From Podarcis erhardii (Eukaryota), in assembly GCA_964252035.1 (NCBI GenBank), contig OZ176206.1: DNA of 64,000 nt. The stretch is one strand, 5' to 3'. A model generated the notes under the pieces. It searched no databases, was not told the origin of the DNA, and saw only the letters and a list, made by a program, of their open reading frames with translations. The position numbers were made by a program, and so were the translations under genes. Shown here one piece after another: positions 33,101 to 47,900 of this stretch. The stretch's first letter is position 1. Each line of letters opens with the position of its first letter.

Positions 33101-36100
33101 GCTCTGAAAGCAACCCTCCCCTGGCAATCACATGTTCACAAGATGGGAGGGCAAACCAAAAGTGCAGAAACCTAAAGCACCGGCTGTACAACGCCCCCTG
33201 CAGAAACTGCCACTCTCATCCAGACCCATTCAGACACACAAGCGAACCAGAGGCAAGCAAGCTTCCTTCTCCCCTAGGAATCTGCTACCACAACTCTGAA
33301 GACAGCTGGGCCTTCTTTCTCCTTGGGGGTTAAAATGCCTCACAGCTTTGAAGAGGATCGATAGCTGAGAGGCATGTGTTTTCTTCTGCACTTAAAACAA
33401 ATAAATCCAAGATTCTTGAACTGAGCAAAGGTGAATGCTGTGAGCCTAATCAGCAGACCTCTCACTCGGCCATCTCCTCCGGTTTCTGAGGTCTCAGCCA
33501 GCATTGCCCACCCACACTGTCAAGCCACAGGGGCCAGAAACTTGCTTTAACACCCCCCCCCCAATAAATTCAGGAAGCTGAATTCAAGACTTCATTCCCT
33601 TTTCTGTCACTGCCTAACACAAAGCTCTGTCTCACCTGCAAAGCAAACAACCCACAAAGGGATTTGGAGAGCCTCTGGGCCCCAGGACATTATGCCGCAA
33701 GGAGGCCTCCACCCTAGTTTAACCAGGATCTTACACTGCAATGCATTTAACTGAAGAATTAAACCAAGGTCCTTGCTCCATCCATGCCATTACCTGTGCA
33801 GGGAAACGTTCACTGCTAAGGCAGAAGCAAATTATTTTATCCAAGGGCAGCCCAGCAAATCCAGCCCCCCTCTTCAATCAGGGGTTGGAGGCCAACATCA
33901 CTAGCCAAACTGAGCTGCCCTTTGGCCAGAAACACCCTGGCAGATCTTACCTTTGCGGGCTTTCTTCTGAAGCTTCAGTGTGTCAGAGGACTTCTTCTTT
34001 ATCTCATGGCGGGCTCGTTTGTATTCTAAGGAGACAGGAATCGGGAAACACGAGGCCTGATTCCAAGTGACCAGAAGGCAAACAGCTTGGCGGGTGGACC
34101 CCGAGGTCCCCCACATGGCGTGAGCAGACAAGGGAGGCCACTGCTCTCTATGGGGCCCAGACTCCTGGCTTTCATCTCCTCCCACCCTAAGCCACACAGT
34201 CACATCCTTGCCACTGCTTTCCTCTGAGCATCAGACACTGCCTCACAGGCTATGGGGCAGCCAGGATGCCTCCTGCCCTTTTACCTTTCGCGTGATCTTT
34301 GTCAAGCTGGTTAGCAGTCTTCTTCCAGTCCTCTATCCGATCCTGCAGGGGGTTAATCAGGCTCTCCATCAGGGCGCTGCAGGAGGGGGGAAGGCACCCA
34401 GAGAGAGGCGGGTTAGAAGGGCCAAGGGATGTGGAGAAGAGTTTTGCAACGAAATCCCCATAAATGTGCCGTGATCCAAATGGTTCAATAACTCATTCTC
34501 TGGACTAGAGTATGGAAGTGGCTTGAGTTTCTAAAACCCTGAGCCTCCTTCTGCATGTCTTGCCTATTTCAGCACCTCCCCAATCCCGTTTTCAAGGCCA
34601 CTGAGCCTCTCCCTCTTCTTCGGAAAGGGAGCCTGGGGCTGGCCCGCACACATGACAAGCACACGAGTCTAACAAAAGGCACTTACTTGGTAAACTGCCT
34701 CAGCTTGGTCTCAATACTGCGGTGCCGCATACACATCCGGGTTAGTGCGGAGCCGATGTCCCTCGTGGCTCCTGAGGTGAAAAACCAGCCCTCATGTTAA
34801 TGGAGAACAGTCAAGAGGTACTGCAGAAAAATTCAAGTACGGAATTTCTTTTCTTTCCTTCTCTCTTGTTCAGTCAGAGAGAAAGAAAATGGAGAGGCAA
34901 GGAATTGAGATGTCAGCACAGGCTGAAGGAACGCCTGACATTGGGGCTGGGTGAGGGAGTGAGATCACATGGGCTGGGAAACCAAGTTGCCTAAGAGTCT
35001 GAGGAAGGAGCACCTTGTTTCAGAAGTAGCAAAGCAGAGCTATCAGGGCTCTCTCCTGACTTTCCTCCTGAGGGGGCATACAGAAAGGCATCATATGTTA
35101 CTCTCACAGGAGCCCTGCAAGCTGTTTCTTCAGCCTCTACCTGAGACTCAGTTCCTCCTCTCTGGACATCCCTGCTCTGTCGCCACCTTCTCTGAGGGAA
35201 AATGGATCTCCTGAACACTGTCCCAGATCTGGCTTTCTCTCCAGTCTCCTCAGAAGCCCCTATTATCTCCAGGCATTACATAGTACTGAAAAGTCAGAAT
35301 AATAGAAGCTCTTATGAAACATTACTTTGGGGCAACATCTTCCCCTCCAGGATTTCACAGGTGAAAATGGACTCTCCAGTGGGCTTGTAACACTCCCCCC
35401 ACCCAATTCATCTCACAAACACTTCTTCCCCTTGCCAAAGGTTATTCCAGGATTCCATTCATGCTAGAGTGACTCACTTGGCAATAGCCTATCTTACACA
35501 AATTAGTAAAATGTTCACAAGAGTTTCCATTAAAAAGAAAGGGTTTTTTCCTCTTACACAGTGGAGCTAGAGGCTGTGTTTGCAACTTAAAGAGCATCAG
35601 AAGGATCCTTCCAAACTGGGAGATTAGGAAACAAATGCATTTTGATGTTAAGAAGGTGTGTGGAGGGGAATGCATTTGGGGCACACCCCCTAACTTCACC
35701 CATAAATACACCATGATGAGGTCTGAGCTGCATTGCAATGTTGCAACCTTTCTGCAAATGGGGTTGATTAGTCCAGCCCCTTTGATAATTTTGGTTGCTC
35801 CTTTCTGCCTTTCCCTCCCAGCTCTAGAATATCCTTTGAGTTAAAGGCTATCACTATCAAAGGCTAACAATTGGCTCCAAGTCTAGATTGAGGGCCCTGC
35901 CTGATGGAGAACAGAGCAATTCAGATTTTGTCCATTGGGGGTAGCAATAACCACACTGACACTGACCCCTCTCTTTCTCTCTCTCTGAGCCTTGAACATG
36001 AGGATATGAATGGATGGAACAGTCTTTCATAGGAACCGCCCATCAAACTGCATCCCTCACAAAGCATGGATTATGGGGCATTCTGCTGCTTGAGGGAGAG

Positions 36101-39100
36101 AAAAATGCCCACATACACTAATTCACATGGGAGCCCAATCCAATGAGAAGTTATCTAGTGCAAGCCTCATTAAAATGACCGTGAACATGCATTTTTAGGG
36201 GCCTTTACGCAAGATGAGATGGCAGCCTGTGGGTCGCAGCTAAATGCCCTTGATAGTGCCAGAAACTAACAGCCAGAGGTGATTTCTGTCTCTTTCTGCT
36301 CATTTCCATTTCAGCTTGCTCCTGGTCACACGTGCTGTAATTGCTATGAGTGCTCCAGTTGGAGAACAGCCTCTACTAAAGGTGTCATTGACCTTAAAGA
36401 AGCACGAACTCAGGACGAAAGGGAGAAACGAGCTAAGAGGAAGGCAGCTTTGACAAATCCTCACCATGATCAACTCCCACCCAGAAACCTACGTCCCCAC
36501 TATGGAAGGACGTGTGGATCCAGAATTGGCCTCCACAGCCACTTACGGACTCACTGTTAAGACCGTGGTCATGGAAGACAATCTTACTTGGCTACGAGTG
36601 ATCGCCAAAGAAGAAGAATTGCTGCTCTAGAGAAGCCTTCTCCAATCTGTTGCTCCCCATATGCTTTGGACTACAATACCTGTGCTGACTGGAGCTGTTG
36701 GGAGTTACTTCCCAAAACATGAATGGCACCAACTTGGCAAAGGTGGCTCCAGGATCTAGACTACCTTCTCTTTTCCTTGAGATATACATAAAAAGTGCCC
36801 CCGAAGGATGTGTCTTCCTCTCAATCCTTCCTTTTAAGCACTTCCTAGGAAGAATACATTGCGTACTCCCACAACACCGAAGCAGAATGATTGTGAAAGA
36901 TTAATGAGGCAAAGGCACGCAATTGTGCCAGGAAAGACGAATGCACAGAAATCACACATCAGAGGAACCCGGTGTCACCTGGGAATGGCAGATCCACCCC
37001 TCAAAGGTACTGGGAGGGAGGAAGTTAAGAGTGGATGCAACAGACCATGATCAACTCAGCCGGCATGATGAATCCAGGTTAATGAGGGATCTGCACGCAC
37101 ACCAGTATGCAGCACTGCGTGAGCTGCAGAGAGAAATTTGCCCCTCTTCAAAGCAGGATATAAGGCACTGCAAAACAGTTCACCTTCTGCTGGCCAGCCT
37201 GAGCTGGCCAGGAAGTGGCAAAAGTTGCAGGGAGTCTCCAAGACACAGCTTTCAGGAAGGGATCTTTGGAGGCTGCCCCAGAGCACTTGACATGCATTCT
37301 CTAACCCTACTCCTTAAAACAGCCCTTTAAAGCAGGCCAGCCACCACACTGCTTGGAAAGACATCTTTCATCCAGCTCTGGGTGAGGCACCTGATGCTCA
37401 TTCAGTCCATGAGTTGGCCTGACCTGTCAGCTATCACTGGGGGGGAGGGAATGGAACAAGCTGCAAAATTTTTAATCAAACAGAGATTAATCAATTTCAA
37501 ACTTTTGATCAAAAAGGTGCTCTTAAAGGTAGGGTACCTGTGAGGGCCAGGTGTCCTACCAGTGACCCAGTTCCTTTTACTAGTCTTGGATTACTAGGCA
37601 ATGATTCGCCAAGTGGCCTTGCTCAATGCTAAGCACGATCACTGCGCTTTAGTCATCTCTCTCGTACATTCCAAGAGCCCAAGACCATTTCCTTCTTGAC
37701 CTCAGATGAGGCCAGCTAATTCTCCGCAAGTCTGCTTGTGCTTATGGTTCTGGTCCTGCAGTCTGTTGAGCCTGACCTTCCAGAGCAACACTCTTTAGTG
37801 TTGGGGCATCAGAAGGTGACATTGTTGTGATTGACCCTCTGTTGCTTTTTGGAATTTGCTCCCAACCATGGAGGATGGAAAGACACCAGCACTACCTCCA
37901 TAACAGTGGTGCACTTCACATACCCCTTCTTACTGGGGGTGGGGGGTCATTCTGGCTCCAGAGCCACCGCTGTGCAGCTGCAGCAATAGACAGAGGAGGA
38001 TGACTCACTTCCTTTGCTTCTTTCCTTAGCTTGCTGAACGGGGCTTCTGCTGCATATCACAGCCATTGACAGGGAGAAATCATTTCCTCCTGTTCCCCCT
38101 TTCCTGGTTCTGACCAGGAGTGCTGCTTCCTCTTAGAGTTGCCAAGACATTTTGCCCCCAGCCCCCAACCCTATGGCTGTAATCACCTGACACAAAATAC
38201 ATCCTTAGCATCTCTTTCAGAAAAAAATTTTCCCAGCATTTTCTGCAAACATTGAGCTCTTGTGGTCCACATTCTGAATCACACTTGGCAACTTCACTAG
38301 CAACACCCCCCCCCCAGCAATGTCCACACATGTGCAATCAGAGCAACCCCCCAGTTTCCCTTGCCCTCTTCCACCACCCCACTAACAACTTAGTGGATAA
38401 AACTGTGCAGTCCCAGAGGTCCTTCTGTCTCTTTTCAGAGACCGCCTGGGGAATTTTGTTGCCATAAACACAAAAGTTAAAATGACGCAGCACCTCCTAC
38501 TCACCCACCCATCAACCTTCTTGGACAACAGCGAAACATTAAAGAGGAAAGACAGACAAGAAAATTTAAAATGGGGTGGGGGAGGGGAGTCAATGCATTC
38601 AAAAGTCATCAGTGTCAAGATGGGAAGGCCAGGCCAAGTTGATTTTTTTCTCTCCTTCAATTACTGAGCTCAAATTGGCTACTTACTGGGGCTGGAAGCT
38701 TGGAGTTTCAGTAGCTGTGGTGTGTTTCTGAGACCTGGTGCTGACATGTAAAGCCTTGCTCTGCTTAGAAGCTGGTACCTGAAGAACTGCCTGCTCCCTT
38801 CCCACATCCCTTGGTGGGAAGGTTCATCCCCCGCCTGTGATTGTTTTGCACTTCAGTGTTTTTGCCTGCCTTTGAATTGTGAGCTGAATAATATTGTGAT
38901 CATTTCAAGCTCCGGGACACCTTATGTTTGCAATTATTTATACCTTGCCTTTCCAAGGGAGCTTATACACATCTGTTAAAATAGCACTGAGGACAAAATA
39001 CGAACTAAAACAGGCTAAACTACAACAAGCAAATAGCTTCATTTCCTTCATTTGTGCACCCCAGAGTGGTTGACATAATAAAAGCCATAAAACACAGTCA

Positions 39101-39332
39101 TAAGCAAATGAGCCCACAAACGCAACTAAAAGCAAAACATAATCAGCACTAATAACCAGTTAAAGCCAAAAACCTGTCCTTAATGGTGTCGCACTAGCAT
39201 AATAGGGCAGCTTTCACTTGGCCCTGAAGGAGAAAAAACTGGGCAGTGCATGATCCCCCACTGCAGCAAAGGTCCTATCGCTACCCTGCAATGGGAGTGG
39301 AGTGGAGTAGAGTGGAGTGGAGAGAGAGAGAG

Positions 39333-39366
<34 letters not shown>

Positions 39367-42300
39367 CGAGAGCTTAGCAACTCCATATACAGGCAAGTTC
39401 ATATGGGAGTTGTCCAGCCCTGTCTCCAAATATGTTAGAGGGCACCAAGTTGGGGAATGCTAGGATAGACAGCCCTTCAAAAGCCATGATTCCAAGCCAC
39501 TTGGGGCATTATAGGTAGAAAACAAACAAACAACATGAGCTGAGCCTGGTAGAGAACTGGAGAAGCCAGTGAACGTCTTTCAACCACTGGTCAAATATTA
39601 TCAGCACAGCAGATAGTAGTCCATATGCATGTCTACCACACTTTGAATCTACTGCACTGAAGTTTCTCAACACTTTTTATTGGCAGCCCCACATATAACA
39701 TTGCCCTAGATATTACCAAGGCATGAGAAAATGTGGCAAAATTATTATTTTTCCAGACAAGCCCACAGTGCTAGTAAAAGTCACTCTTGAGCCACAGACT
39801 ACTTTATTGCACTGTTGACCGTTTTAACTCTGCATGTAAATTTCCTTGGCAAATTTCCTGCCACGTCGAAGCATTAGACAGCTTTAGAATACCAAGATGA
39901 TGCAGGCTTGTGGGCACAATGGCTTCCTTCCCATGGACTAGCTGCTTGTTTACTCCAGGAAACTTGGGGCAATGAAGCCAGCCTTGATTAAGGACAGCCA
40001 AGTGGTACAAGCACATGCACCAGGCGTTCAAGCACATGAAATTAAGAGTCTCTGAAACAGGGAACCTGTAAAGGGAGCTGGACATCCAACAGAGACAACC
40101 ATGACTTCCCCAACCATCAAATTATGGTGAACCAAGGACCCACAAGCAAATATCCTGGACATATCTGCTGCCTTTAGAATCAAAAAAGCTGTCGCCATTG
40201 AAGTGTTTTCACGAGCAGCCTAACACAGTGCGCAGGGCAAGGCATTGTGAGTTAAAGAGCAAACGCTACAAGAAAAGGGGTGTATTTAAAATTGTTTCAC
40301 CTTCTATTTTCTCTCTAGATGTTTTCTTTACTTCGTAAAAAAGCTCTCAACGTCCCTTTCTGTCCTGAATGTGCAAAAGGCAAAATAACTCAATCATAGC
40401 AGCAGAAGAATGCAAATAACAGCTGAGCTGCAAGTCTGCCTTACAACTATTCAAAGTCTCAAACTTCAAATTGCAATGGCAATCTCAAAACTGCATGTAC
40501 GCAATTAAAGAAATGCATGAATGACTTTTTGCATATTTGTACAGAACATAAGTATACCACCTGAGACATCCCTGCTTCCGCTTTGATCTTCCTACAGAGG
40601 AAAGAACCACAACTGCACACTTTGCACATCATCAAAGTCTTCCCTCTCAGCTGCTCTCTGCTGAACAGCTGGACAGAAGGAAACCCAAAGAGAAGGATGA
40701 TATCTAGCTGCCAACAGGCTCTGGGTGATTACCTATCATGTCCCCCTCTATATAATTCGGTTCCTTTTAGTTTCATGCCATAACCAAGACATCTAACCTC
40801 CAGAGGCAGAAACTGCCCACCCACACAAAATACCTGGATGGTGAAAAATTGGATTCAGCCATTCTTTCAGTAAACAGCTATGGGTGAATTGGCAGTTCTA
40901 GTCTGCAGGAAAAATTGAGAGTATGGAACTGGGTGATGTCCTAGGCATGTGGTTCAAGCATAGAAGCCATGTTCCCAAGATAGATCCAGATGCATCAGAT
41001 GGGACATTCACTATGGTCTGAGTCAGCAGTGCAGCCCACAGGCTAGGCAGGCAACAAGGATGTCAAAAAGAATTACAGAGCAAAGCAACTCTCATTCACA
41101 GCCTGAGACTCACATATAGAAAGCTGGGGGTGGGGGTGGGGTAAGGAATAGTTGTATATGCTCATATGCTAATAACATGCTAATATTTAATTTGCTGGAA
41201 GCTGCTCAGATGACAGAATATAAATTATTATAATTACTACTACTACTATTGAGAATCATGCAACTGTTTCCCACTTGTGATCTGAAATGGCGCAGATGAA
41301 AAGTATTACCACCTCATTTTCCATTTGCATGATCTATGCCTCAGTCTCCCCTCTTGTGGAATTCTCCAAAGGGCCACACACTGCAAGCTACCAGGCAGCC
41401 CAGAAGCCCCTCCTCCTAAAGGACTCCCTTTCCTCTCCCCTGACCTCCTTTCCAAATCACAGCCGTGGCTGAATTTTCTATTACCTGTGGCTCCCTCCTT
41501 TAGTAATCACCCTGCACATCTGTCCACTAAGGCTTCCCTTAATTCCCTAGACCTAAAGAACAGGGAATTCTGTAGACTTGGGGGAGGTGGCAGGCTGGGC
41601 TAAGCCAGGCATGGACCTGTTCATTAAACATGTGTTGCTCACTGGTTTGGAAGAGGGGGGTTACTTCTAAAACTAAAAGTAAGCACACAAGGGTAGGTAG
41701 GTTTGAACCTTGCTCCCTTTCCCTACCTCTTTAAGACATTTCCCACATGCCATGTGGTCCGTTTTGCGTTAAAAGGGAAACTCCCTCTCATGATTTATAA
41801 CCAAACTGATGAGCATGTGTTTGCTAGGCATACACTCCTGGCCTGGCACGGGTCACTGGCATCGCCACATCTTCCCAAAACATCATCTCAGCAGCAAACG
41901 CAAATCTCTACATGGGTTTGAGTAGTAGGTGCAGAAAGCCTGTGCAAGTAAATATGGAGGTCTACCCTTGTTTCCTCATCACAGCCCTTCCCTAGATGTT
42001 TATAGATAACAAGCTGTGGCTTCTTGTCTAAAAGCCGGAGTGAACCAGCCATAATAGAATGTCAGGAAACCGCTCCATAGCCCTTCTGCCCTCATACAAA
42101 GAGTCACGTTCAAAGGAAGAACCCTTCCCACACCAAACTTTTCCTGAAAAAAGGAAATAAATAGGTTCATAAGAATGTATAAAGAGCCTGCTGGGTCAGG
42201 CCAATGACCCATCTGGTTCTTTCAACGCTTTGTAGGGTTTTTTTGTTTTACATTTTATTTCTTACGTTTCTATCCCACCTTTCTGCGACCAAGGGAGCAT

Positions 42301-44894
42301 TCCTGTGGTTCCCAGGTGGTTTCCCATCCAGGAGTCAGACCAGGCCCAGGGTTGCTTAGCTATAGCAAAGTGGTGAGTTCTTGTGTCTTCAGACCTTATT
42401 CTGGGATTAACTCACATTCCAAATCAGTTTTTTCATCCTGCTTCAGGTGAGAGGTGTTATTTACATTTTGCTTCCCTTCCAAGCTGCATTCGGTGCTCCC
42501 TATATCTCTCCAGAATACATCAGCCCTCCCTCCATCTCCTTATTTTGTACTAGCCTCCTCAGCTTTCCTTTATTGCCTGCTCCATCCTACCCAATTCTCT
42601 GCTTGCTTTCAGAGATTTATCCCAGTAACTGATGGCTCAACACAAATGCTGCCCACATACATTATTCTATCAATTGCTGTCAAACAACAAACTAACCTGC
42701 ACAGTCAATTCCTTCCAATTCTGGCTTACTGCTGATTCTCCTTCTTTAAATAACCCAGTTTTTACTGTGGCATACCATGGCCCTTGTTTTAATTGTAACC
42801 TACCCTGGACCTTAGGGGTGAAGGGCGAGAAAATATATATATAAAATCCCAATGCCAGTTCTGAGAAGGGGCGGGCGGGCTCTTTACACGTGTACACAAG
42901 GAGGCATGGTTACACTGGTCTTTTTAAGGCTCAGAGGAGATTACTTTTTTAAAAAGCTGTGTTTTCCCTCTGCTCATTTTTGAAGAAGTTCAGGGCAGTG
43001 AAAATGGGTTATGTAGGTCAGCTCAAGGTTGATCAAGACCATCTCATGAGCTTCCTGGCTGATTTGTGCTTGGGTGGTGCCCATATCCAAGAAAAATCTG
43101 AGGGGCCACAAGCAAGACTGGTCCTCAGGTGCAGACCTCTGCGATCTACATGCCACAAGGTGCCCAGAATAGGTCACTTCGCCCTGCTACACCCCTACAC
43201 GGAGGGAAAAGAGGCACACTCTGAAACTCTTCTTTCTTTCACAACATTTCTATACTGCTTGATAAAATCTCAAAGCAGTTTAAAGGTAAAGGTAAAGGTA
43301 AAGGGACCCCTGACCATTATATCCATTCGTGGCCGACTCTGGGGTTGCGGCGCACATCTCGCTTTATTGGCTGAGGGAGCCGGCGTACAGCTTCTGGTTC
43401 ATGTGGCCAGCATGACTAAGCAGCTTCTGGAGAACCAGAGCAGCGCACGGAAATGCTGTTTACCTTCCCGCCGGAGTGGTACCTTTTTATCTACTTGCAC
43501 TTTTGATGTGCTTTCGAACTGCTAGGTTGGCAGGAGCAGGGACTGAGCAACGGGAGCTCAACCGTCGCGGGGATTTGAACCGCCGACGACCTTCTGATTG
43601 GCAAGTCCTAGGCTCTGTGGTTTAACCCACAGCGCCACCCACGTCCCTTCAAAGCAGTTTAGAAACATAATAGAATGATCAGTAATAACAACAACAACAA
43701 CAACAACAACAACAGGTAAAAGCAAATATTTAAAACATTCAAAAAGAATAAATATCAACAATAAACTAAACCAGATTAAAACACATGACAGCTTCTACAT
43801 GTCTGGAAAGACTGCCACTTGCCTGAACAAAAACATTCTTAGCAGGAAACCAAAAGGTGCACTGATGGCGCCTGCCCAATGTCAGTGAAACTCATTTATA
43901 GGTAACTTTTAAGGGCTCCTGCCTTGCTGCCTCCAGAAGCCCGTTTCCCCCGCAATTGTAACACCCACCCAGAAATGAAGGAAGTGCCACTTAAAAGAGG
44001 GCCCTATTTATCACAGGGCCTCCGAATGAGCATTGCTAGAAAAGCAGGGTGATTGCTCTTCCCCTCATGGTGATCCCACAAGCATGTCTGGATTAGCAGA
44101 GATCAGCAGGGGGATTGCCGATGACCACGTAAGACCCCACCATGAAATTAATCTCTCTCTCTAAGCACCACAAGCTCAGGGTTTCCCAGATGCTGACTGG
44201 AACTTGGTTCAGAATGCAACACATATTTTATCTGCTGCTGCCACCCCCTTCTCATTTGGCTGTTTTATTACTATTGTTTATTACTGATGTGACCTGCCTC
44301 AAATGCTTCCTCAGAAGTGGGAAGGCGACATAACAAATCCTCTAATATATTTTTCTTCGGGAAAATATATTTATTGCTAAAAAATTAAAAGCCTTTGGAA
44401 CTCACTGCCACAAGATGTGGCGATAGCCACTAAACTTAGTACCACAGTAGGGTCACCCATGGGGATGTCACAGAAACAGAAAGAAACACACACAGCAATT
44501 CTTGCTCCATCTCTGATGTTTGAACATGTCCCTCTTGAATGTTTCCCAGAGGCACCTGTTTGGCTGCTGCAGGTGGAAACCAAGCACAGGGCTAGATTGA
44601 GTGTGAGTACAAAGAGGGATTAAAAGTAGGTTGTGGGGTAACTGCAGCACTGTAAGTGATCACAAGAAAACAGAAAGGGGCCATGGGCCTGCCAGTTTGG
44701 TGGTGAGTTTTTTTCCACAGGTATTGTTCTGCTCTCTGCCATTGGCTGTGCGACATGGCTGGTTTTGCAGTCAGCTAGTTTTTAGTCCAAAAAGCTCCCA
44801 CAACGTACCTCGTGTGTTGGTGGCCATGTCTGCCACTTTCTGGAAGGCATCCAGGAAGGCCACTGCAGCCAGGACAGTAGTCCTAAAACATAAG

Positions 44895-44929
<35 letters not shown>

Positions 44930-47900
44930 CAGAGGGTTGGCGGTCTTCACGCAGGAACAGCACAAGCCATTTTGCCATCTCAAAGGGCTGGGTGGGTGCA
45001 ACAAGTGAGTCGGCCTCATCTCATCCCTTCACGGCCAGACCTGCATTATTAACACTTAGGCCTAAACCTGCAATGCTGCCAAGACTCAGGTAATCAGAGG
45101 TCAAAAGTACAACTGGGCTAATAATTCTGAGAAAACCGAATCTTGTTTGCTTCTAAAATCTTGAGGACATCCAGTGCCTCTTGCACAACTCTCCTCAGTT
45201 ACCCTATTTAACAAATGATTTAAAGCCCACACTGTCAGCCTGTGGTCTGGAGAACTCTTGAAATTCCTCTGAAGCTTATCAGGGTCCCTGAGAGGCAGAG
45301 CGGTCCAGAAAGACTACGGGCTGACCACAGCTGACCTTCTACCAACATCGCACCCCCCCCTTACATGTACCTACCTTGCAAAGGAGCACATGGTGTGTTT
45401 CAGTGCACACTGTGTGTTTCAGCGCATACTCTGGGCTCTATGGACACAGGCTGGCTGCAAGGCCAAGAGAGCCAAGCTAGCAACCTGAGCATTCCATGTG
45501 CCAAAAGGCTCAGAGGCATGGAGAAAGTCCCATGACACATCCATGTGCACTGATGTTAAAAAGCCTGCATGTGACGGATCCTTACCCTAACTTCTAGGCC
45601 AAGCCAAACACCACACACCTGTCTTAGGTAGATCTTAAAGAACCAATCACAGCAATCACTATCAGGTGCCTTACCCCCAGGAAATTGGGAGGGTAGGGGG
45701 AAAACCTACAATTTTCTTTTTGTGGGGGATGGGCAGCATTTATCTCAAGAATGAACTTAACCAGCTCAAATAGACTCTATGCCAGCACCAATGTTTCCCC
45801 AGCTTTCCAGTTTTCTTGGAACTATATTGCCTGCCCTGTTTTTGTTTCAGCTTCCTTCCTTCCCTCCTTATTCTTGTCTTTCCCCCTTAGGCCTCCCATT
45901 CCCTGAGTTTCTCTCTGACGTCCTGCTGCCTTTGGCCACCTCAGGGCTGGCTCCTTGCCCTGCAGTCTGCCAACCTCTTCTTTACACATCATCTGGCCTC
46001 TGTGTTTAGCAGCAGCACTTGGAAACCGGGTGGGCTGGCCCAAGCTTCTGTGAGGACTTTGCACTCCCTGCTCTCCCCAGTCTGAGCAACATAGGAAGCT
46101 GCCTCAATACCGAATCAGACTGCTAGGTCTATCTAGTGCAGCATTATGAACACTGTCTGGCAGCCAAGGCTTTCCAGGGTTTCAGACACAGACCATTCCC
46201 AGCCCTACCTAGAGCTGCCAGTAGAAATTGAGCCTCAAACAGTTTGCATGCCAAGTAACCGAGATAGTGACAGGGCCTTTTCAGTGGTGGTTCTCTGGCT
46301 GTGGAGTAGCTGACAAAATACTGTTTCAAGTAACTCTAAGATCACTGGATGGAATAATGTTTTTAGCTGCTTCTAGAATTTTTTTTATAATTTAACTGCA
46401 ACTGATTTTAGATGTTTTTAATTGTAGTTGTTTTTACAATGCTTTAAACAGATTTAAAATGTTTCCTTTTTTATTTTGTTTCTTTATTTTAAATGATACA
46501 TGTGTTTGCTGCCCTGGGTTTCTTGGAGAGGAAAGGAGGGATATAAATCAAACCAATCAATTAATTAATTAAAACAGAGGAGGCTCTTCCCAAAGAAAGG
46601 CTTTAAGCGCCAAGTTTGTCCAGCCTTCCCTTCTACTTATGGGTTGGCCTACACTCCCTGTTAGGCAGAGCCCAGAGCTTCCATCTCTCCCTCCCCAAAC
46701 TAGCTCTGAGCCGATGTGGAGTTACTCTGTGTGAGGAGAAATCGGAGGAAATAGAGAACACTCTCTCCAGATAGGCAATGAGCACAAAAGGCGCTTTGGG
46801 AGAGTGGAAGGGGAACACAGTGCGCAAACAGCTGAGGAGATGCTGAGCGGAACACAAGAGGCTCTTTCAGCTCCACGGAGGGCTGAGAAACACCAGCGAA
46901 GCCAGGGGGGCTATTAATAGGGCAGCCGCACAAGGCATATCCGGCGACGGCAAAGCCAGGGTGGACGGGCTGAAAGGGCCCCTTCATAGAAGCCTTTGAT
47001 ATGCCAGAGGAGGTGGCTGGCAAGCAGAAAGGGGGAGGATTCCAAAAAACTCTTGGGGAAAAGCAAAGCAAGGGGGTGACCCTGGGAACAAGGCTGGGGG
47101 GGGGGAGAGCAAGGCTCCTTTTGGGAACTCTGGGGAGGAAACCTTCTTACTCAGCGTTGATTGGAAGCTGCTCACAGGCAAGGCAGTCGAGGCAACTTTC
47201 AACCTCTTGGGATCTCAACTGCATCGGGATCTTGGGGCCGTGATATGTGGGGAGGGGGCTCTGCAGCTTCCCTCTGGATGCTGCAACTGCCTTGCCACTC
47301 TCAAAACCAGCCCCTTTGCTTCTGTGTTGCTGCATGGGAAGGAGCAACATGGCTTGAAGAGAGACTTCACATATCACAATTTTGGCACATTTACCTGGGA
47401 TTTAGGAGAGCCAGGGCTTGCATTCTTAGCTGCTGGAAGGAGCTGGTAATGAATCAAAGCCACACTAGGCACTATGATGCTCATGTGTGCACTTCTTTTA
47501 TTTCACTGCAACAGGGAGGCAGGGCTCCAACTTCAGCTGGAGTAGTGGGACAAAGGGAGGGGGGCTTAGCTAATACCCTGATCATGTGACTCTGTAAGTC
47601 ACAAGTAGCTTAAGTGGTGCCCTGTATTGTTGGGACTACAGTACAACTTATCATCCTTGGCCACTAGCCATGCAGCATGGGACTAATGGTTTGGGGGAAA
47701 GCAGGGATTTTTATTGGGGAAAGGGCAATGGAGAAAGTCCATTAGCACCCCTTGCTTGCCCCCCCCCTGCAAGCACAAAAGGAAGCCTTGTCCATATTGT
47801 GTCATCAATACAAAGAATTTACAGATTGAATTGATAATCTTTCATTAATTAACAACTTCTGTGCTGTTAAATTGTGCATAATAACTCATTGGGGTTATAT

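Noticed and set aside
36923-37330. 135-aa ORF with a helical-looking middle
   Set aside because: No homology I recognise, no promoter or splice support, and intronic antisense position
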